Assembly: GCA_964016885.1 (NCBI GenBank)
Contig: OZ024742.1
Span: forward strand, 56,544,001 to 56,608,000
DNA: 64,000 bases
DNA from: Eledone cirrhosa
Lineage: Eukaryota
Direction: 5' to 3'
Below, one piece after another: positions 1 to 14,324 of this stretch. The notes under the pieces are model-generated. The model had not been told where the DNA came from, searched no databases, and saw only the letters and a list, made by a program, of their open reading frames with translations. A program made the position numbers and the translations under genes. Numbering within the stretch: the stretch's first letter is position 1; each line of letters opens with the position of its first letter.

Positions 1-383
1 ACTCACATACACAAACTAATAACCACATAAACTCATCCAAACTTACACAGACTGAAAACATCCATAAACAGACAAATATACACACATTCACACATAAGCA
101 TACACACACACACAAGCGTACACACACAAGCGTACACAGACGCATACATGCAAATTTATGAAAAGTTAAGACACACGTTTATGCACACGTTTATGCACGC
201 ACATTAATACACCTACACGCACACAAAATTACATAAACAATTCACAGACACAGACATATATATAAATATATATGTGTGCGTGTGTTTATATGTGTGTGTG
301 TGTGTATGTGTGTGTACATGCGTGTGTGTGTGTATATACCAGTATGAAGTAATCGATTGTCTAATAATCCAGATTTCATACGC

Positions 384-430
384 CTCTAATTAAATATTAC
401 ATTGCGTAATATATCGAAACACGTGTCAGA
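384..430 (+). ncRNA. Decayed minimal type-I hammerhead ribozyme motif (probable PLE terminal-repeat relic)
   Basis: CT-CTAATTA(core, from CTGATGA)-A-ATATTAC/attgc/GTAATAT-ATC-GAAA-CACGTG(palindrome)-TC-AG. Confidence 0.4.
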
Positions 431-695
431 ATTATCAATAATTATTAACGAACGGAAATACTGAACATCAACATCTTTGTCTTGTTGATTTTTACACAAT
501 CCTTGAAGAAGGTATTCATTATGGGGGTATTCCTTGTAATTACGTTAATTTCTAACGTAATTTCTAACGTAGTCGCATTTGCATTCTTCCCGTCACAAAC
601 CTTAATACCTTCGATGGGAAAATCGTTTGCACGCCAGTCAAGATAACAAATTGTATCAATATTTCGCTGAAACGTACGTACATTTGAGTCTGTGT

Positions 696-762
<67 letters not shown>

Positions 763-1117
763 TGTGAGTGTGAATATTTCTTAGGTGTAGTTAAAGACAA
801 ATCTAAAACCAGAATGCCTCTTACAGACATATGTATGATTGAATTTTAAACAAATATCTCAATTACATGTAAATTATGTAAACAGAATTTAGTAAACAGA
901 TTTGCACGAAATATAGTATAGATGAATTCCTATGAGGGACATCGGGTTCTAAACAGAATCTAAATTATAATATTTTGTGAATAAGATATTACGTTTAATC
1001 ATCATATTTCAGGAGGCATGGGAGGACAAAATCGGTTATACAAATATATATACGGGCCACACAATTGCAGGCCTGGTGCCTAGATTATAAACCAGTATTA
1101 TTGATGTTATTATTGTT

Positions 1118-1540
1118 AGCGGTGGATTGGCAGTATCGGTAGAGGGTCGGACGCCATGCTTTGCAGCATAGAGTTAGGCCCTTTATGATCTGAATTAAAA
1201 TCCCGCCGAGACTAACTTACCTTTCTTCCTCACGGGGTCGATAAAATAAAGTACCAGTAATGCACTGGGGTCGATTTAATCGAATTTCCCCTCCCCTAAA
1301 ATTACTGACATTGTGCCTATATAAGAAACCGTTATTATTGTTAGTAGTAGAAGGGCGGTGGATTGGCAGTATCGGTAGAGGGTCGGAAGCCATGCTTTCC
1401 AGCATAGTTACGCCCCTTTACGATTTGAGTTCAAATCCCGCCGAGGTTGACTTTGCCTTTCATCTTTACGGGGTCGATAAAATAAAGTACCAGTAATGCA
1501 CTGGGTAATTGCTGGCCTTGTGCCTAAAGTAGAAATTATT
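1118..1540 (+). mobile_element. Two tandem tRNA-derived SINEs with Nin-type central domain (about 1118-1335 and 1353-1540)
   Basis: GGCGGTGGATTGGCAGTATCGGTAGAG head, B-box-like GAGTTCAAATCCC, GCCTTTCATCCTTACGGGGTCGATAAAATAAAGTACCAG core; many copies in the window. Confidence 0.9.
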
Positions 1541-1617
1541 ATTGTTAGTAGTAGTAGTAGCAGCAGTAGTATCTCTCTATTTTCTCGTTCACTCTCTCGC
1601 TATCCCTCCCTTTCTAT

Positions 1618-1649
<32 letters not shown>

Positions 1650-2504
1650 CTCCCCTTCAACTCTTGCCACCCTAGACACGTTAAAATTAATATTCCCTAC
1701 AACTTAGCCAAGAGAATCTGTACTATAGTCTCCAATAAAAACATCTGCTACTTACGGCTACAAGAACTAAAGGACACACTCATAGGCAGGGACTACCCTG
1801 CATCACTAATTGACAATGGAATCCAACGTGCCCTAAAACTCAGTACCCAGGACCTTAGACACCCTAAAGTAAATCAACCAAAACTAAAAGCTCTTCCATA
1901 CATCTCCACACACAACCCCCTCAACAACGAGGCCTTTGACACCATCCTCCAGAACATCCCTGTATTGAAAAAGGACCATAGAATGAACCAAATTCTACGA
2001 ACACACGATATCATAAAGAGCAAAAGACAATCCAAGTCAATGAAAAACATCTTAACACATGCCAAAGTACTGCCAACCACAACAACGAAACCCACAGTAA
2101 AAAAATGCGATAGACCCAACTGTGGCATTTGCATCAACCTAATAGAGGGTTCGGAATTCTATTTCAAAGATGGACAACGTTTTATAGTAAAACACAATTT
2201 CACATGTGCATCGGAAAATTTAATATATGTATTAACTTGTTCAGGTTGTCGAGAACAATACATAGGCCAGACCAAAAACAGCCTCCGCCAACGCATGACT
2301 GTCCATAGATCCCAAATTAAAATACGGGAATACAGGAAAATACCACTGAGTGAACACATTGATACCTGCCCCGCCCAAAATCATCCCAACTTCAGAATCT
2401 TTCCCCTCTACAAATTTAAAGATAATGCCACCCACACCCAGCGCATCAGCAAGGAATCTTACTTCATTAACAAATACGGACCCCATCTAAACACTTCTCC
2501 CTAA
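1650..2504 (+). pseudogene. 5'-truncated PLE ORF: RT thumb, Cys-rich linker, GIY-YIG endonuclease (Neptune-like architecture)
   Basis: YLPFNSCHPRHVKINIPYNLAKR, KKCDRPNCGIC, NLIYVLTCSGCREQYIGQTKNSLRQRMTVH; the first ~36 aa of the called ORF come from a SINE tail and microsatellite. Confidence 0.92.
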
Positions 2505-2682
2505 GACGAACCCACAACATACACACGTCAACATACATACCTACATCAGCACACATCTCTACCCACATATAAACACAATGACACACGTAAACACACATGC
2601 TCTATGGTGCAATACAAAAAAATATATGTGCATATATATGTATGTATATATGTATATATATATATATATATATGTAGTGAAA

Positions 2683-2733
<51 letters not shown>

Positions 2734-3028
2734 GTGAATATCATTTCACACCTTTTATTGTTAAGATTGTTGATGTTCTATTAAGAGAACCGATTTTACT
2801 GAAAAAATCGAATAATGTACACCATTTTACCAGGGGGGAAAAAAATACTGGTCCACCCACACACGCACACACACACACACACACACATATATACACAAAC
2901 ACATACACACGCGTACATCAACATACAAAGAGACTTATACACACACACACACACACACGCACTTCTCCGTATAAGACAAAAGCTGAAAAATATCTTTTGA
3001 CCTTCGAATGACTCTGCTGTGTATGTGT

Positions 3029-3068
<40 letters not shown>

Positions 3069-3131
3069 ATCTTAATAGCCATTTGACACACATCGCTGGT
3101 GGCTATTGTCGCAGCATCGAACACCTTACTA

Positions 3132-3199
<68 letters not shown>

Positions 3200-3520
3200 T
3201 TGTTGTGAAAGAGTCATTTCTCAATCTTGGCGCAAAACCAATTTTTTATCCACATGACCTCTACCGACCAATCAAAATTGTTTTGACCATAATTTTTGCT
3301 GGAGCCACTTTTCTAACATTTTAACATAAAAACAGTCTTGGCGCAAAATCAACTTTTTACATTCACATGACCTCTACCGACCAATCAAAATTGTTTTGAC
3401 CACAAGCATTTTTGCAACACAAAAATAACGCTGGAGCCATTTTTTTAACATAAAAACAGGTAGAATTCCCAAAACTAATCAGATCAGAGCAAACAGCACG
3501 GACACTCTATCTCAAAATTA

Positions 3521-3557
3521 TTTTTGAAAAGCATTTAGAAATGCGCAACCGGTAAAA
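3521..3557 (+). ncRNA. Atypical minimal hammerhead motif (U3-A8, C13)
   Basis: TTT-TTGAAAA-GCATT/taga/AATGC-GCAA-CCGG-TA-AAA; same core at 55341-55376. Confidence 0.5.
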
Positions 3558-3697
3558 ACTTAAAAACTTAAAACCACAACTGAATACTAACCCATACAAT
3601 CACTAATACTCTTTTATTCCTAATTAAACCATTTTTCAACTGTGAACAATTTGTCAGCATTTTCTATTCCGTTTACCAATATATATATGTATATATA

Positions 3698-3870
3698 GGA
3701 AAATGTTTGACTCCGACGGCAGAGCTCAAGCCGTTTCGACACCTATTTCTGGACCAGAAATAACCGTCGAAACGGCTTGAGCTCTGCCGTCGGGGTCAAA
3801 CATATTTCTATTACCCACTCTACTACGCTAAGTATTGAATACTCTGGCACGTTATGGTCCATCTGGAAAT
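3698..3870 (+). mobile_element. Fold-back non-autonomous element: ~112-bp palindrome plus ~60-85-bp tail
   Basis: Near-perfect palindrome 3698-3810 centred on 3753; relatives at 24568, 26482, 52780, 55503. Confidence 0.8.
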
Positions 3871-4519
3871 CAAATCCTTTTCGACTTCGCAAAAAATGGC
3901 GTATACTTTAACTGATTAGATTATCGACTATAAGAACCAGGACAACAGATAGAATTTCAATAAGCAGTTCGATTATTTGCAGTTTTAGTAGATTCATATA
4001 CTCCATTTCACAGATCCTGTAGATTAAATATATCAGATGGTGAATATCGATATTACGTTTCCTGATTTAATAAACAGAGCACCTTTTACTTATGAATTGC
4101 ACATGTCATATTCAGATAAAGGCGTAATAACAACTGCAGCAGTTATAAGACTCACAGTTTACGACTTAAATATGTATTCCTGCATGTTTCACTTCACTAA
4201 TACAGTGATGGGTTACTGGTTTGGATAATGATACACAAACACACATATACTCACGTACACACACGTATTTGGCATATGTATATACACATATATATTCATA
4301 TAGATACATACATACATATAGGATACACACTCATATATATATATATATATATATATAAAGTGTCAATAAAAGGTCATTTGGGCCTGATATATATATATAT
4401 CGTCGTCATCATCATCATTTACGTCCTCTACAATTTTCTCTCGGCATATAGTGATATAGTGGTCGGGACCCAAACGTACTATTCTATGTCAAAAATCAAC
4501 ATTTTTTGGCTCTCTGGTC

Positions 4520-6990
4520 AGTAAAGATATTAATATTCGGTAAATGGAAAACGAGGTGAATTTTTAAAAAAAAAGGGGGGGGGGTAGATTGAACAACTTA
4601 CATGGAAGTACAATATCAGGAGAAAGGAGATTACTACAGTAATTAAGGAACTGAAACAAAAGATACTTGCCAAAGCTGCAAAGATTAAGAGGTATGAACA
4701 ACGGATCACACAGTATAAACAAAATCAGAAGAGATTCTATCAGGGATAAGTGGTATGGTTAGGATTGATGATGTAATTCCTGATGCGGATGAAAGTAATA
4801 GGTTTTGGAGTGACATCTGGAGCATAGAAAAAGAACACAATAGAAGTGTAGATTGGCTGACTAACATCAAACATGATATTGGGGATAATCAACTGAAAAA
4901 ATTGGAGATTATAGTAACTCTCCAGTGTAGAAAGATACCAAATCAGAAAGCTGCCGGCAGAGACGGTGTGCATGGATTTAGGTTGAAAAGGCTGACAGCT
5001 CTACATGAGAGATTGGATGAGCAACTGAATAAGATCTCTAATTGAGACGAGAGGTTGCTAGAATGGATAACCTTTGAGAGAACGATCGTGTATTTGAAGG
5101 ACTCCAGCAAAGGAAATGCAGTTGACAACATTAGACCTATCTCTTGCCTTCCTCGTATGTGAAAACTTATGACAGCTATCATTCGTGAGCCAATGTATGA
5201 ATACCTGGTGGAGACACTACCTGCAGAGCAGAAGGGAGATAGAAGACGCAAGGGGACTAAGCATTAATCGTTGATTGATAAAGCGATTCTTAAAGATTGC
5301 AAAAGGAGACATACAAATCTGACCATAGCCTGGCTCTATTACCGCAAGGCCTACGACATTGTGCCATATAGTTGGTTAATAAAATGTTTGAAAATATTTG
5401 GTATTGCAGCCAACGTTAGACAGTTTCTGGTGAGCAGTATGGAAGGTCGGAAAACTGGGCTGACATCATGTAAACAAACATTGGGAGTTGTGAAGATCAA
5501 GGGAGGAATATTTAAGGGAAACAGTATTTCACCTTTGCTGTTTGTACTGTGTATGGTTCCACCTTCATTGGTGTTGAGAAGGTCAAAAGCTGGTGGGGAA
5601 GACACAAGTTTAAGATAAACCACCTGCTGTTCATGGATAACCTAAAACTTTATGGGAAATCCTATGAACCTATTGATTCCCTTGTGCAGACAGTTCATAC
5701 ATTTGGCACGGAAATACGAATGGAATTTAGCATAAACAGGTGTGGGGTGCAACTAGTGAAGCGAGGTATAGCGCTGGTCTGATAGTGGAGATGTGATGAA
5801 CTTAAGGAACTTGATAGAAAGTCCAGGAAAATGATGACACCATAAAGGCCCCTACACCCCAAAAGTGACGTGGACAGGTTGTATCTATCTCGACAGAGAG
5901 AAGAAAGAGGTCTCATTAGCTATGGAATGTGTGTGAAGTCGGAGGAAATTAATATGGCATGGTATGTACAAAAATTCAAAGGAGAGATTAATGGGAGGAG
6001 TAAGAAAGATAAAGGTCCTAAACAATTATGAAGTAAAGGAAAAGGGATAATTTAAACAAGATAGACAGAATGAGACATTGAATAGATGGAAGAAAAAAAT
6101 GTATTGTCAATTTGTACGTGAAATGACTGAGACAGTTGATAAACACAGGAACCGGAAATGGACGAGGAAAAGAGATAAAAGTAGAAACTGAGGCCGTTAT
6201 TTTTGTAGCCTATGAACAGGCACTGAGAACGAACTATATCAAGTTCAATATTGACAAGTCAGTGAATTCCTCACTTTGTTAGTTATGTGGTATGAAAGGT
6301 GAGACAATAAACCACATTATTAGTGAATGTTAGATGCTTGATCAGAAAGAGTACAAGAGAAGGCACGACAACATTGCCAGATTGGTTCACTGGAAGTTCT
6401 GTCATAAGTATGACATGAGCAGAAGTGAGAAATGGTATGAGCACCAACCGGAAAGGGTGGATGTAAATGAGCAGTATAAGATATTGTGCGACATGACCGA
6501 GTGTTACCATTTCATCGTTGCTAGAAAGCCTGACATTGATGTCGTAGAAAAGAAGAATAACAAGGCATGTATTGTGGATATTGCTTCACTGAGAGACCAC
6601 AGGGTGAATAAGAAGGAAAGTGAGAAAATTGAAAAATACCAGTAGCTGAAGAGAGAAATCAAGAAACTGTAGAGAATCAGACATGTAGAAGTGGCACCGA
6701 TTGTAGTTGGCGTATTGGGAGCAATTAGTAGAAGGTTGGATGCATGGCTTGAGAAGCTAGGAATTACCATCAGTACAGAATTGTTGCAGAAAACAGCCTT
6801 GCTGGGAACAGCAAGAATTCTAGAAAAAGTATTAGAAAGGTGAAGGAAAACGAATTACCCAAAGGGCGTTTAGCCATTGGCTATGGCTCTCTCTTTTGGC
6901 ATAGTGCCGGTATAACATCTGCCAGAACAAAAGCGTTACATATACTAATAATAATAAAATAATAATAAGAATAATAATAATGATAATAAG
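4520..6990 (+). mobile_element. Decayed 5'-truncated R4/Dong-clade non-LTR retrotransposon (RT plus restriction-like endonuclease), (TAA)n tail
   Basis: [76 protein letters not shown]; many stops and frameshifts. Confidence 0.88.
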
Positions 6991-6994
6991 AATA

Positions 6995-7930
6995 AAGAAT
7001 TCCTTTATTGTCCACAAGGGCAGATATATAGGGGACAGTAAAATAGACAGGAACGGTAGGGGGTTACAATAAAATCGAGTAAAAATTAATAAAAAACAAT
7101 ACACGAAAGAATTACAAAAATCAAAATTCCTCCACAGTGGGGAGAAACACCCAGGAGCGATGCAGGAACCCCATCAATACTGAACCACCCGACGCTCCAA
7201 AAGCACACGAGGAAGGCACCCCTCTATTTCACTCGGTCAGAGTTGGCCCATTCACACGGGCCATCAATGCAACATACAACCACATTTTAGCAAATATATA
7301 GGGGGGAGGCAGCACTTCCCTTCTACCATCACCTTCCTTTCCAAGTGAAACTTAAAGAAACTGATGAGGGATTGGCCGAAGAGAAAATTGTCTGTCTTCA
7401 GTCCTTACAACTTCATCCATTACACAACTTCTTTCGCTATAGCCACGTGGCAGAAGAAAACTGCGTACCCTTCCTGGCCAAAAGATGGTGGCGCGTCGAT
7501 CATCACGATGGACTCGGTCGATAGCCGGATTGGTCCCACACATGATAACAGCTGTTCGACATAACTCCACAAATCAGTAATACACGGACACTGGACGAAT
7601 GAGTGCAGAATGGTTTCGTCGCTCTTCGCGCATCTCGGACAGGTCCGCTCGACCTCACTTCCATGCCTTTAGAGCTTATCGCAAATTAGCAGTGCCCCCA
7701 CCCGGTAGCACTGCTCACCGAGGGATTTCTGGCTCGAAAGTCCTCCGAAACAGACTGGTCAATTCGATTTCGTTGACGTCCAGAGCTTCTCCGAGGGCGT
7801 ACTCGCACTTGCTCATCAGTGATCTAGAGAATTCTAGAATGGAATTTCCACTGACCGCAACATCTTTGACCCCTATCTTAATTTTCCTAGAAAATTGAGG
7901 GGCATTTTTGAGAAACAAACACTGGTTTAG
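6995..7930 (-). mobile_element. 3' fragment of a Tx1/L1-type LINE (C-terminal CCHC zinc knuckle), tail-to-tail with the R4 element
   Basis: Minus strand 7650->7561 reads ERTCPRCAKSDETILHSFVQCPCITDLWSY; AATAAA near 7005 on the minus strand followed by (TTA)n. Confidence 0.75.
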
Positions 7931-9350
7931 CTTAGCTCACTAAGATACAGGCTCACTTAACTTCAAAAACAATAACAACATTTCAATGCAAAAGGTTGAA
8001 TAGCTGGGATAATCGAATAAACTTACATGAGCTGTATAAAGCACATCTTGAAAGACTGAACAACAAAGATAATAATAATAATCATAATAATAATAATAAT
8101 TTTGGAAGCCAACTGATTGTAAATCATATTTATGAAAGTCTCAATTAGATGAGATCTAATATGATACTGAATAAGGCATATAATGGCTTCCAACCAACCA
8201 ATGCAGTGATATGAATTTCACGCATTTGCTTATTATTGCGCTGTCGTTTCGTTCATTTATTCGCTGTTGCAGCAATGAGGTGACAAATAAATTAAACTCG
8301 GCTTATCCTTTCATCTTTCTAGTGCTAATAAAATAAATATGAATGAACATAAAAACTTCATATAATCTCGTTTGGATTTCCCCCTATAAATCTAAATCTT
8401 ACTTTCTATATACGAAATCAATAATATAGTTATTGAACACATTAAGTTAGGAAAATGACAGCCCTTAATTCCGAGACGAAAGAGAAGCTTAAGAGTTGCC
8501 CGATGTTGAGCCTAGATAATGTATTCTGTTTACGCACTGCGATAATTTCTGTTAGAATACAAAGTAGGGGTGTAAAAGCGTCGTCAATATCATACAATTA
8601 TAGAGAATATGAACAAAAAATAAAATAGTAAAGAATTTTCTACCCTGTCATTATAAAAAGAATTGTGTAAAATCTGTATGATCAGGCACGTTGCCAAGGA
8701 ATGTCAAATGCAAGGAAAGACATATCTCATTTATTTTATTTATTTATCTATTTATTTATTTATTTTTATACGAAATGTGATAAAATTAATAACCCCTTAC
8801 GAATGATGCACGATATCTCATAAAGCAGATGCTTAGTTCTGAATGTAGTTCCATTAAAGAAGCGACTATGTATATGAAGCGATACTCTCAGAAGTAAGAT
8901 ATCTATACAATTTGTTGTCACTTAACAAAGCATGATGCCGAGAGTCAATTATATATTAATACATATTAATACCAGTATTTCGTTGAAACATTATATCTGA
9001 TACGTATCAATGTATCATTAAAATGAGATATTTGGATGTTTTGAAGCCAAATGATAATCCCTGCACATATGGCCATACCATAATAGATTTTCAATTATTG
9101 ATAACCTCGATTGAAAGTTGTGAGGTGATAATCAATGGTAGAGTGTTGGAGACATTTTCGATTCACAGCTGATCCATTTAATTTCAATTAATCTCCATAA
9201 TTGTAATTTCCGGTTGTAATCGGTAGAGTGGAAAGTGTGAAGTACATAGGGTGAGCTGACTAGCCTATAACATCACAATACCCAAGTCGAAATGTTCACT
9301 AGTGATTTACAAACGCATTATATTTTATAGAATATCTTCTTTGTGTATTA

Positions 9351-9540
9351 TGGTGGATTGGCAGTATCGGTAGAGGGTCGGACGCCATGCTTTGCAGCAA
9401 AGAGTTACGGCCCTTTATGATCTGAGTTCAAATCCCGCCGAGGTTAATTTTGCCTTTCATCCTTACGGGGTCGATAAAATAAAGTACCAGTAATACACTA
9501 GGATAATTGCTGGCCTTGTGCCAAAAGAAGAAACAATTAT
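9351..9540 (+). mobile_element. tRNA/Nin SINE
   Basis: Full-length match to the 1353-1540 copy. Confidence 0.9.
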
Positions 9541-10432
9541 ACATGTGTGTGTGTTCGCGCGCGCGCGTGTGTTGTGTGTTTTTTGTGTATGTACGTGTGT
9601 GTGGTATGTGTCGGTTTGTGTACAAGTATGTATTTATGTGTATATGTGCGCGTGTGTGCGCGTGTGTGTGCGTGTGTGTGTGTGTGTGTGTGTGCGTATG
9701 GTGTGCGTGTGAGTGTCAGGGAATGTGCGTCTGTCAGCGTGCATGCGATAATGATTCATTCTGTCGTTACCCAGATTTTTCCTCGGGGGTCAGAACCTGA
9801 ACTGTCACACTAGCTAATAATACTGGGTAAACTCAGTAAATTAATCCTACTGTTTTTATTGGGGTACGTGCACATCTCTACACATAAGTTTGTTGTTTTG
9901 TTTTTTTTTATGTTTTTTTTTTTCTTAAATTAGTGGTGTCTCTATTTCGGCAGCAAACGTGTAAACATAAAAAAATACGAAAATTTATCAATTTTTAAAA
10001 ATCAAATTCTGTATTGGTTTATGTTTGACTCAAACGTTTGTTTCTAAACTACTCACCATGGATGCTAAGCTGCCAAATACAGAGGTAGTCAAATGGTTGT
10101 AAGGAAAAATGATGAAACGATATTAGAAATAGTTTATAAGTAGTGTTATATATCCTAACTTTAATATAAGTTCTTCAAACATCGTAAACACTAGGCATAG
10201 TATATAAATGCAGCCTGGTGTCAATATCTAGTTGGAAATGGTTTACATATTTCGCAGAAATATTAACATTTTAAATATCAGAATGTCTAACGTTTCAACA
10301 AAAATACAAAAAATTAAAAAAATGTATACATATAAATGCTGTTTGAATCATCTTAATTTGTACTCCTATCCCTATGAGATCTTTTATCAGAAGATATCTT
10401 ATTTTAGCTTGATCTCAGAAATATACGCAATA

Positions 10433-10621
10433 ATTGTTTCTACTTTCGGTACAAGGCCAGCAATTAACCAGTACATTACTGGTACTTTATTTTATCGACC
10501 CCGTAAGGATGAAAGGTAAAATTAACCTCGGCAGGATTTGAACTCAGACCGTAAAGGGACGTAACTATGCTGGAAAGCATGGCGTCCGACTCTCTACTAA
10601 TACTGCCAATCCACTGCCCTT
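10433..10621 (-). mobile_element. tRNA/Nin SINE
   Basis: Reverse complement of the family consensus. Confidence 0.9.
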
Positions 10622-12124
10622 ATACGCAATAATAATACCTACATTCAAGTGTACAATAAATTAGCACGTTTGAATATACTTCATTTTAAAACATATTTTA
10701 TACCATATGTCGCTTACAAGTAACATATCATATTATAGCCAAATCCTTCACTCGGTTAGCTCTAGTCATTATCCTACATTATAATAAATATCATTGTTTT
10801 ATTTAATTCTCTGATTTTGAATTCTGTTCCCCCACTAAATCTAACGTGGGGAGCCATTATATTCCATAAAAAATCAGTATTGTAATATTGATATATTAGG
10901 ACTACAATTGCAGTTCTTTGCTCAATTTATGGTGCATGTAGTTGTTCCCTATTGCCTCTAAATTTTTGAATTCAAATCTTGCTAAAGTTGACTTTGATCT
11001 ACCTGGCATTGATAATATATATATGCGTCTCATATAGTGTGATCATTATGATATTACTTCAGTTCATTCAGCGAGAGACATTTCAGGTGTACGCTCGTGG
11101 GAAGCGACCTTGGTCTACATAGGTTTTAGTTGTAAATACACAATAAAAAAAATATAGTCGATCATACCCTTGTGCCTCTTTGGAATTTATTTTATTTACA
11201 TTTTATTGTTAAAGTTGTTGTTTTTTTTTTGTTTTTTACACAAACTCGTTTTTGATAACAAATTTGATGTTATACATAATGGTAACTTATTCGCAATTTA
11301 GCGACTATCATTTCGTAATAAAAGGAGACTGATTTTGTGATGTAGTATGCGTGATAGGGAACAAGTGAATTCGTAATGGACTGAATTCAAAACTCATTTT
11401 AGTTTAGCACATGTAGAGTTAGTGTCCTCGAGGAAAGCACTAACTTACCATATTATCAACGATTCATTCGCTATTCTACATGCATGTAATATCTATACAA
11501 TAATTCAATATCATGTATATACGTTTCATAAACGTAATAACATCTCCCGAGCCTTGGTTTACATGTCACATTGTATTATATTAATGTTAACGTATTGATA
11601 TTACCATTTTGAATATATCTGATGCGTATTCATGTAGATTGTCTCGATTTATAATCAATATTTTATGATCCAAATGTTTAAATACGTTACTTTTATAACC
11701 CTGTTTTAACCTGTATCGTATATAGAAATACATTGATGCAGTATAGTTTGCAGGAGAAATATTTAGAGCTACATTATAATGGATATTATAAACCAAATTA
11801 TCATTTAATAATATGCAGTGGATGTAAACCAAGTTTTAAGATGAGAATCTCAAAATAAAACCCAATAGGCGAAAACAGCTAAAGGCGGTTACACGCTACA
11901 TATATAGATGTTATAATTGATTAATTATTCAAACTAATTATAACTTATGAAAATGATTTATGGGTATCAAACATATAAGTGTGAACATGGCGGTGCTAAT
12001 ACATTAACACCTTCATCTCAAAAGTACAACGTATAAATTTGGAGAACTGATATTTAACACTTGATGCTATAACAATCGTTGGAGGCTCAGACAAAGTGTT
12101 TTGTTGTATTTAGATACAGTCTTT

Positions 12125-12380
12125 TGAGTTTTGAGAGCAAACATACCGAGGTTGACGTTTTGTTTCAACTATTAGCGGTCAATAAATTAAAGTAACTGTA
12201 AATTATTGGAGTGGATAAAATGAACTTTCCCTTCCCCCAAATTGTTGGTCTTGTGCCTATTTTATAAATAATTATTAGAGAGCGGTGGATTGGCATAATC
12301 GGTAGAACGTCGGGGAGGCCTTTTTGTGTTCTGTCTTCAAATCCCGTCGTAGTCAAATTTGCCATTTTTCCTTCTGTGTT
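12125..12380 (+). mobile_element. Two old, degenerate SINE fragments
   Basis: GCGGTGGATTGGCATAATCGGTAGA head; degenerate Nin core. Confidence 0.6.
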
Positions 12381-13099
12381 TGAAAAACAAGCATTTTTAA
12401 TAATAAGAATCGAATGAGAAACGGTGAGATTGACAGTTCGATCTAGAAAAAACTTTTCCCAGCACACTAAACAAAAGCAACACAACTCATAGGATGAATG
12501 AGCTTATCTACTTCCCGAAAACGCTTGCACCCCATTACATCATCAATTTTCCAACGTCAATCTCTTTTCTTGCACCACCTTTTATTCTCTAATATCCTCT
12601 GCGGATGCTGGAGCTCTACGCCCGTAGCTTCATCGCGACGGGGGTGATGCAGCATAACGTTAACTTTTAATTAACAATCCTCTGCATAATTATAAAACAA
12701 CTTTTATACAAAATATTATAAACAACACGTAATAAAAACGTATTGTTTTAATATTTATAGTTTTATATTTCTTATTTGTACCGTAGTTATAGTATTAGAT
12801 GCAATATTCAATTAGAAAGACACTTTTTTAATAATTGTTCTTGCTTATTAATTAATTAATTGCAACAACGAAATATATTCTCTCAGTTACACAACGTAAA
12901 AAGACTCAAATGCTCATACAATTTTAGTAGAATAGATGATACTAAACATGGAATTGAGTGCTTAAAACGTAGAACAGTACTATGTTTTGTGGTGCTTCAT
13001 GTACTTGATTGTTAGTTCACTTAGAATAAGTTAATAAAATGAGCGGCATTTATTTTAAGGAGGTGAATGAAGCAAAAGAAATGTTTAGCTTAATTTCTT

Positions 13100-13870
13100 A
13101 TTTCAAAACCAATTGTAGAAAAACTTACAAACCATGCTTCCCTTAATAATTTTAGCTTTCATTCTGTTGCCTCAAGCAAACTTATTCAAGGAATCCTAGC
13201 TAAAGACAAATATGATAAATCCCCAACAATAGGGTATTCTGATGACAAATGTTTAAGTAATGGCTATGAAAAAGAGCAAGAAATACGACTCTGTATAACA
13301 CTTGATGAATATGCATCCATTCAAAATTTTAGAAACATGAATAATAATGTACATCCTTGAGAATGACTAAAGTTTTGACAATCCTTGACAGCGCTAAAAT
13401 CATTGAAAGTTTGAAACCGAAGACAAATGATTTAGGGCTTATCTTCAATAAACACAACTGACGGTACATCATTTATGGCTAAGTTTGCAAAATAAAATTT
13501 TCCCGGGTATCAATGATGTCTAGCTCAGATAATTCATATAGTCATTTCTTCACTTTTTTACAAACATATGTCGAAATGTGAATGATATCATTGAAGCCTC
13601 AATAGATAAAAATGTATGAAGATGTAATTATTACAAAAGAGGAAAGTGAAGTTAAAGAAGAACGAATCCAAAATGATGATTTACTGCTTACAGAATATTT
13701 GTTCGAAATGGAGATATGACACATTTTCAAAATTGCAAATAAACCTTCTGATCTTTGGGGGGTGTCAAGAAAAAATGCAACAGTTTTTAAGTTTCATTAA
13801 CAAGAACAGAAAACAGATTATTTTCCATTAGCCATTGGTGAGAAATCAGAGGAGGACTAACCATTAAGAT
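13100..13870 (+). pseudogene. Probable hAT transposase relic
   Basis: Fragments TLDEYASIQNFRNMNNNVH (cf. TLDEWTS..N..YMNINVH), TDGTSFMAKFAK (cf. TDGASVM.K) and LAQIIHIV (cf. C.AH.IHL) in the expected order. Confidence 0.55.
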
Positions 13871-14324
13871 TTTTCAAATTTAACTTTTTCAAAGCATTCA
13901 TTAAATAGTTTGGGTTTTTTGAAATCTGCTTTTCAAAATGAAGATGAGTTTTCATACGTTTTTCATTAAGGATTTTCGTTTATTTTTGTTGAATTAAAAA
14001 TAAAAACTTTTCATTTAAAATATTTTTCTAACACATTTTGGAACTGTGTAATTATTATTTCATATGTTTTTCTAGAGAATTTGGAAAAACAGGCATTTTG
14101 TAATTAGCATCTTCCATTTATGTTTTGTATATATGACAATTAATTGAAGTTTTATATGCTTGTCAATTCGTAAGCATTAATCAAATTCAATAAATCACTT
14201 ACAAAATGTTTTTTTAGCATTAAATTAGTCATTTAAAATATGTATGTATAATTTAGTGTATTGCAGCGAAAGTATATTTCTGTGTATCTGTTTATGTCTA
14301 TTTTTGTGTCTGAGTATGAATTTA

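Larger units (their letters stand above)
1650..3682 (+). mobile_element. Penelope-like retroelement: ORF remnant plus microsatellite-rich 3' region and terminal repeat, bounded by (TA)n
   Basis: ORF above; ~110-bp tandem duplication at 3225-3459; 3480-3682 recurs at 55300-55490. Confidence 0.7.
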
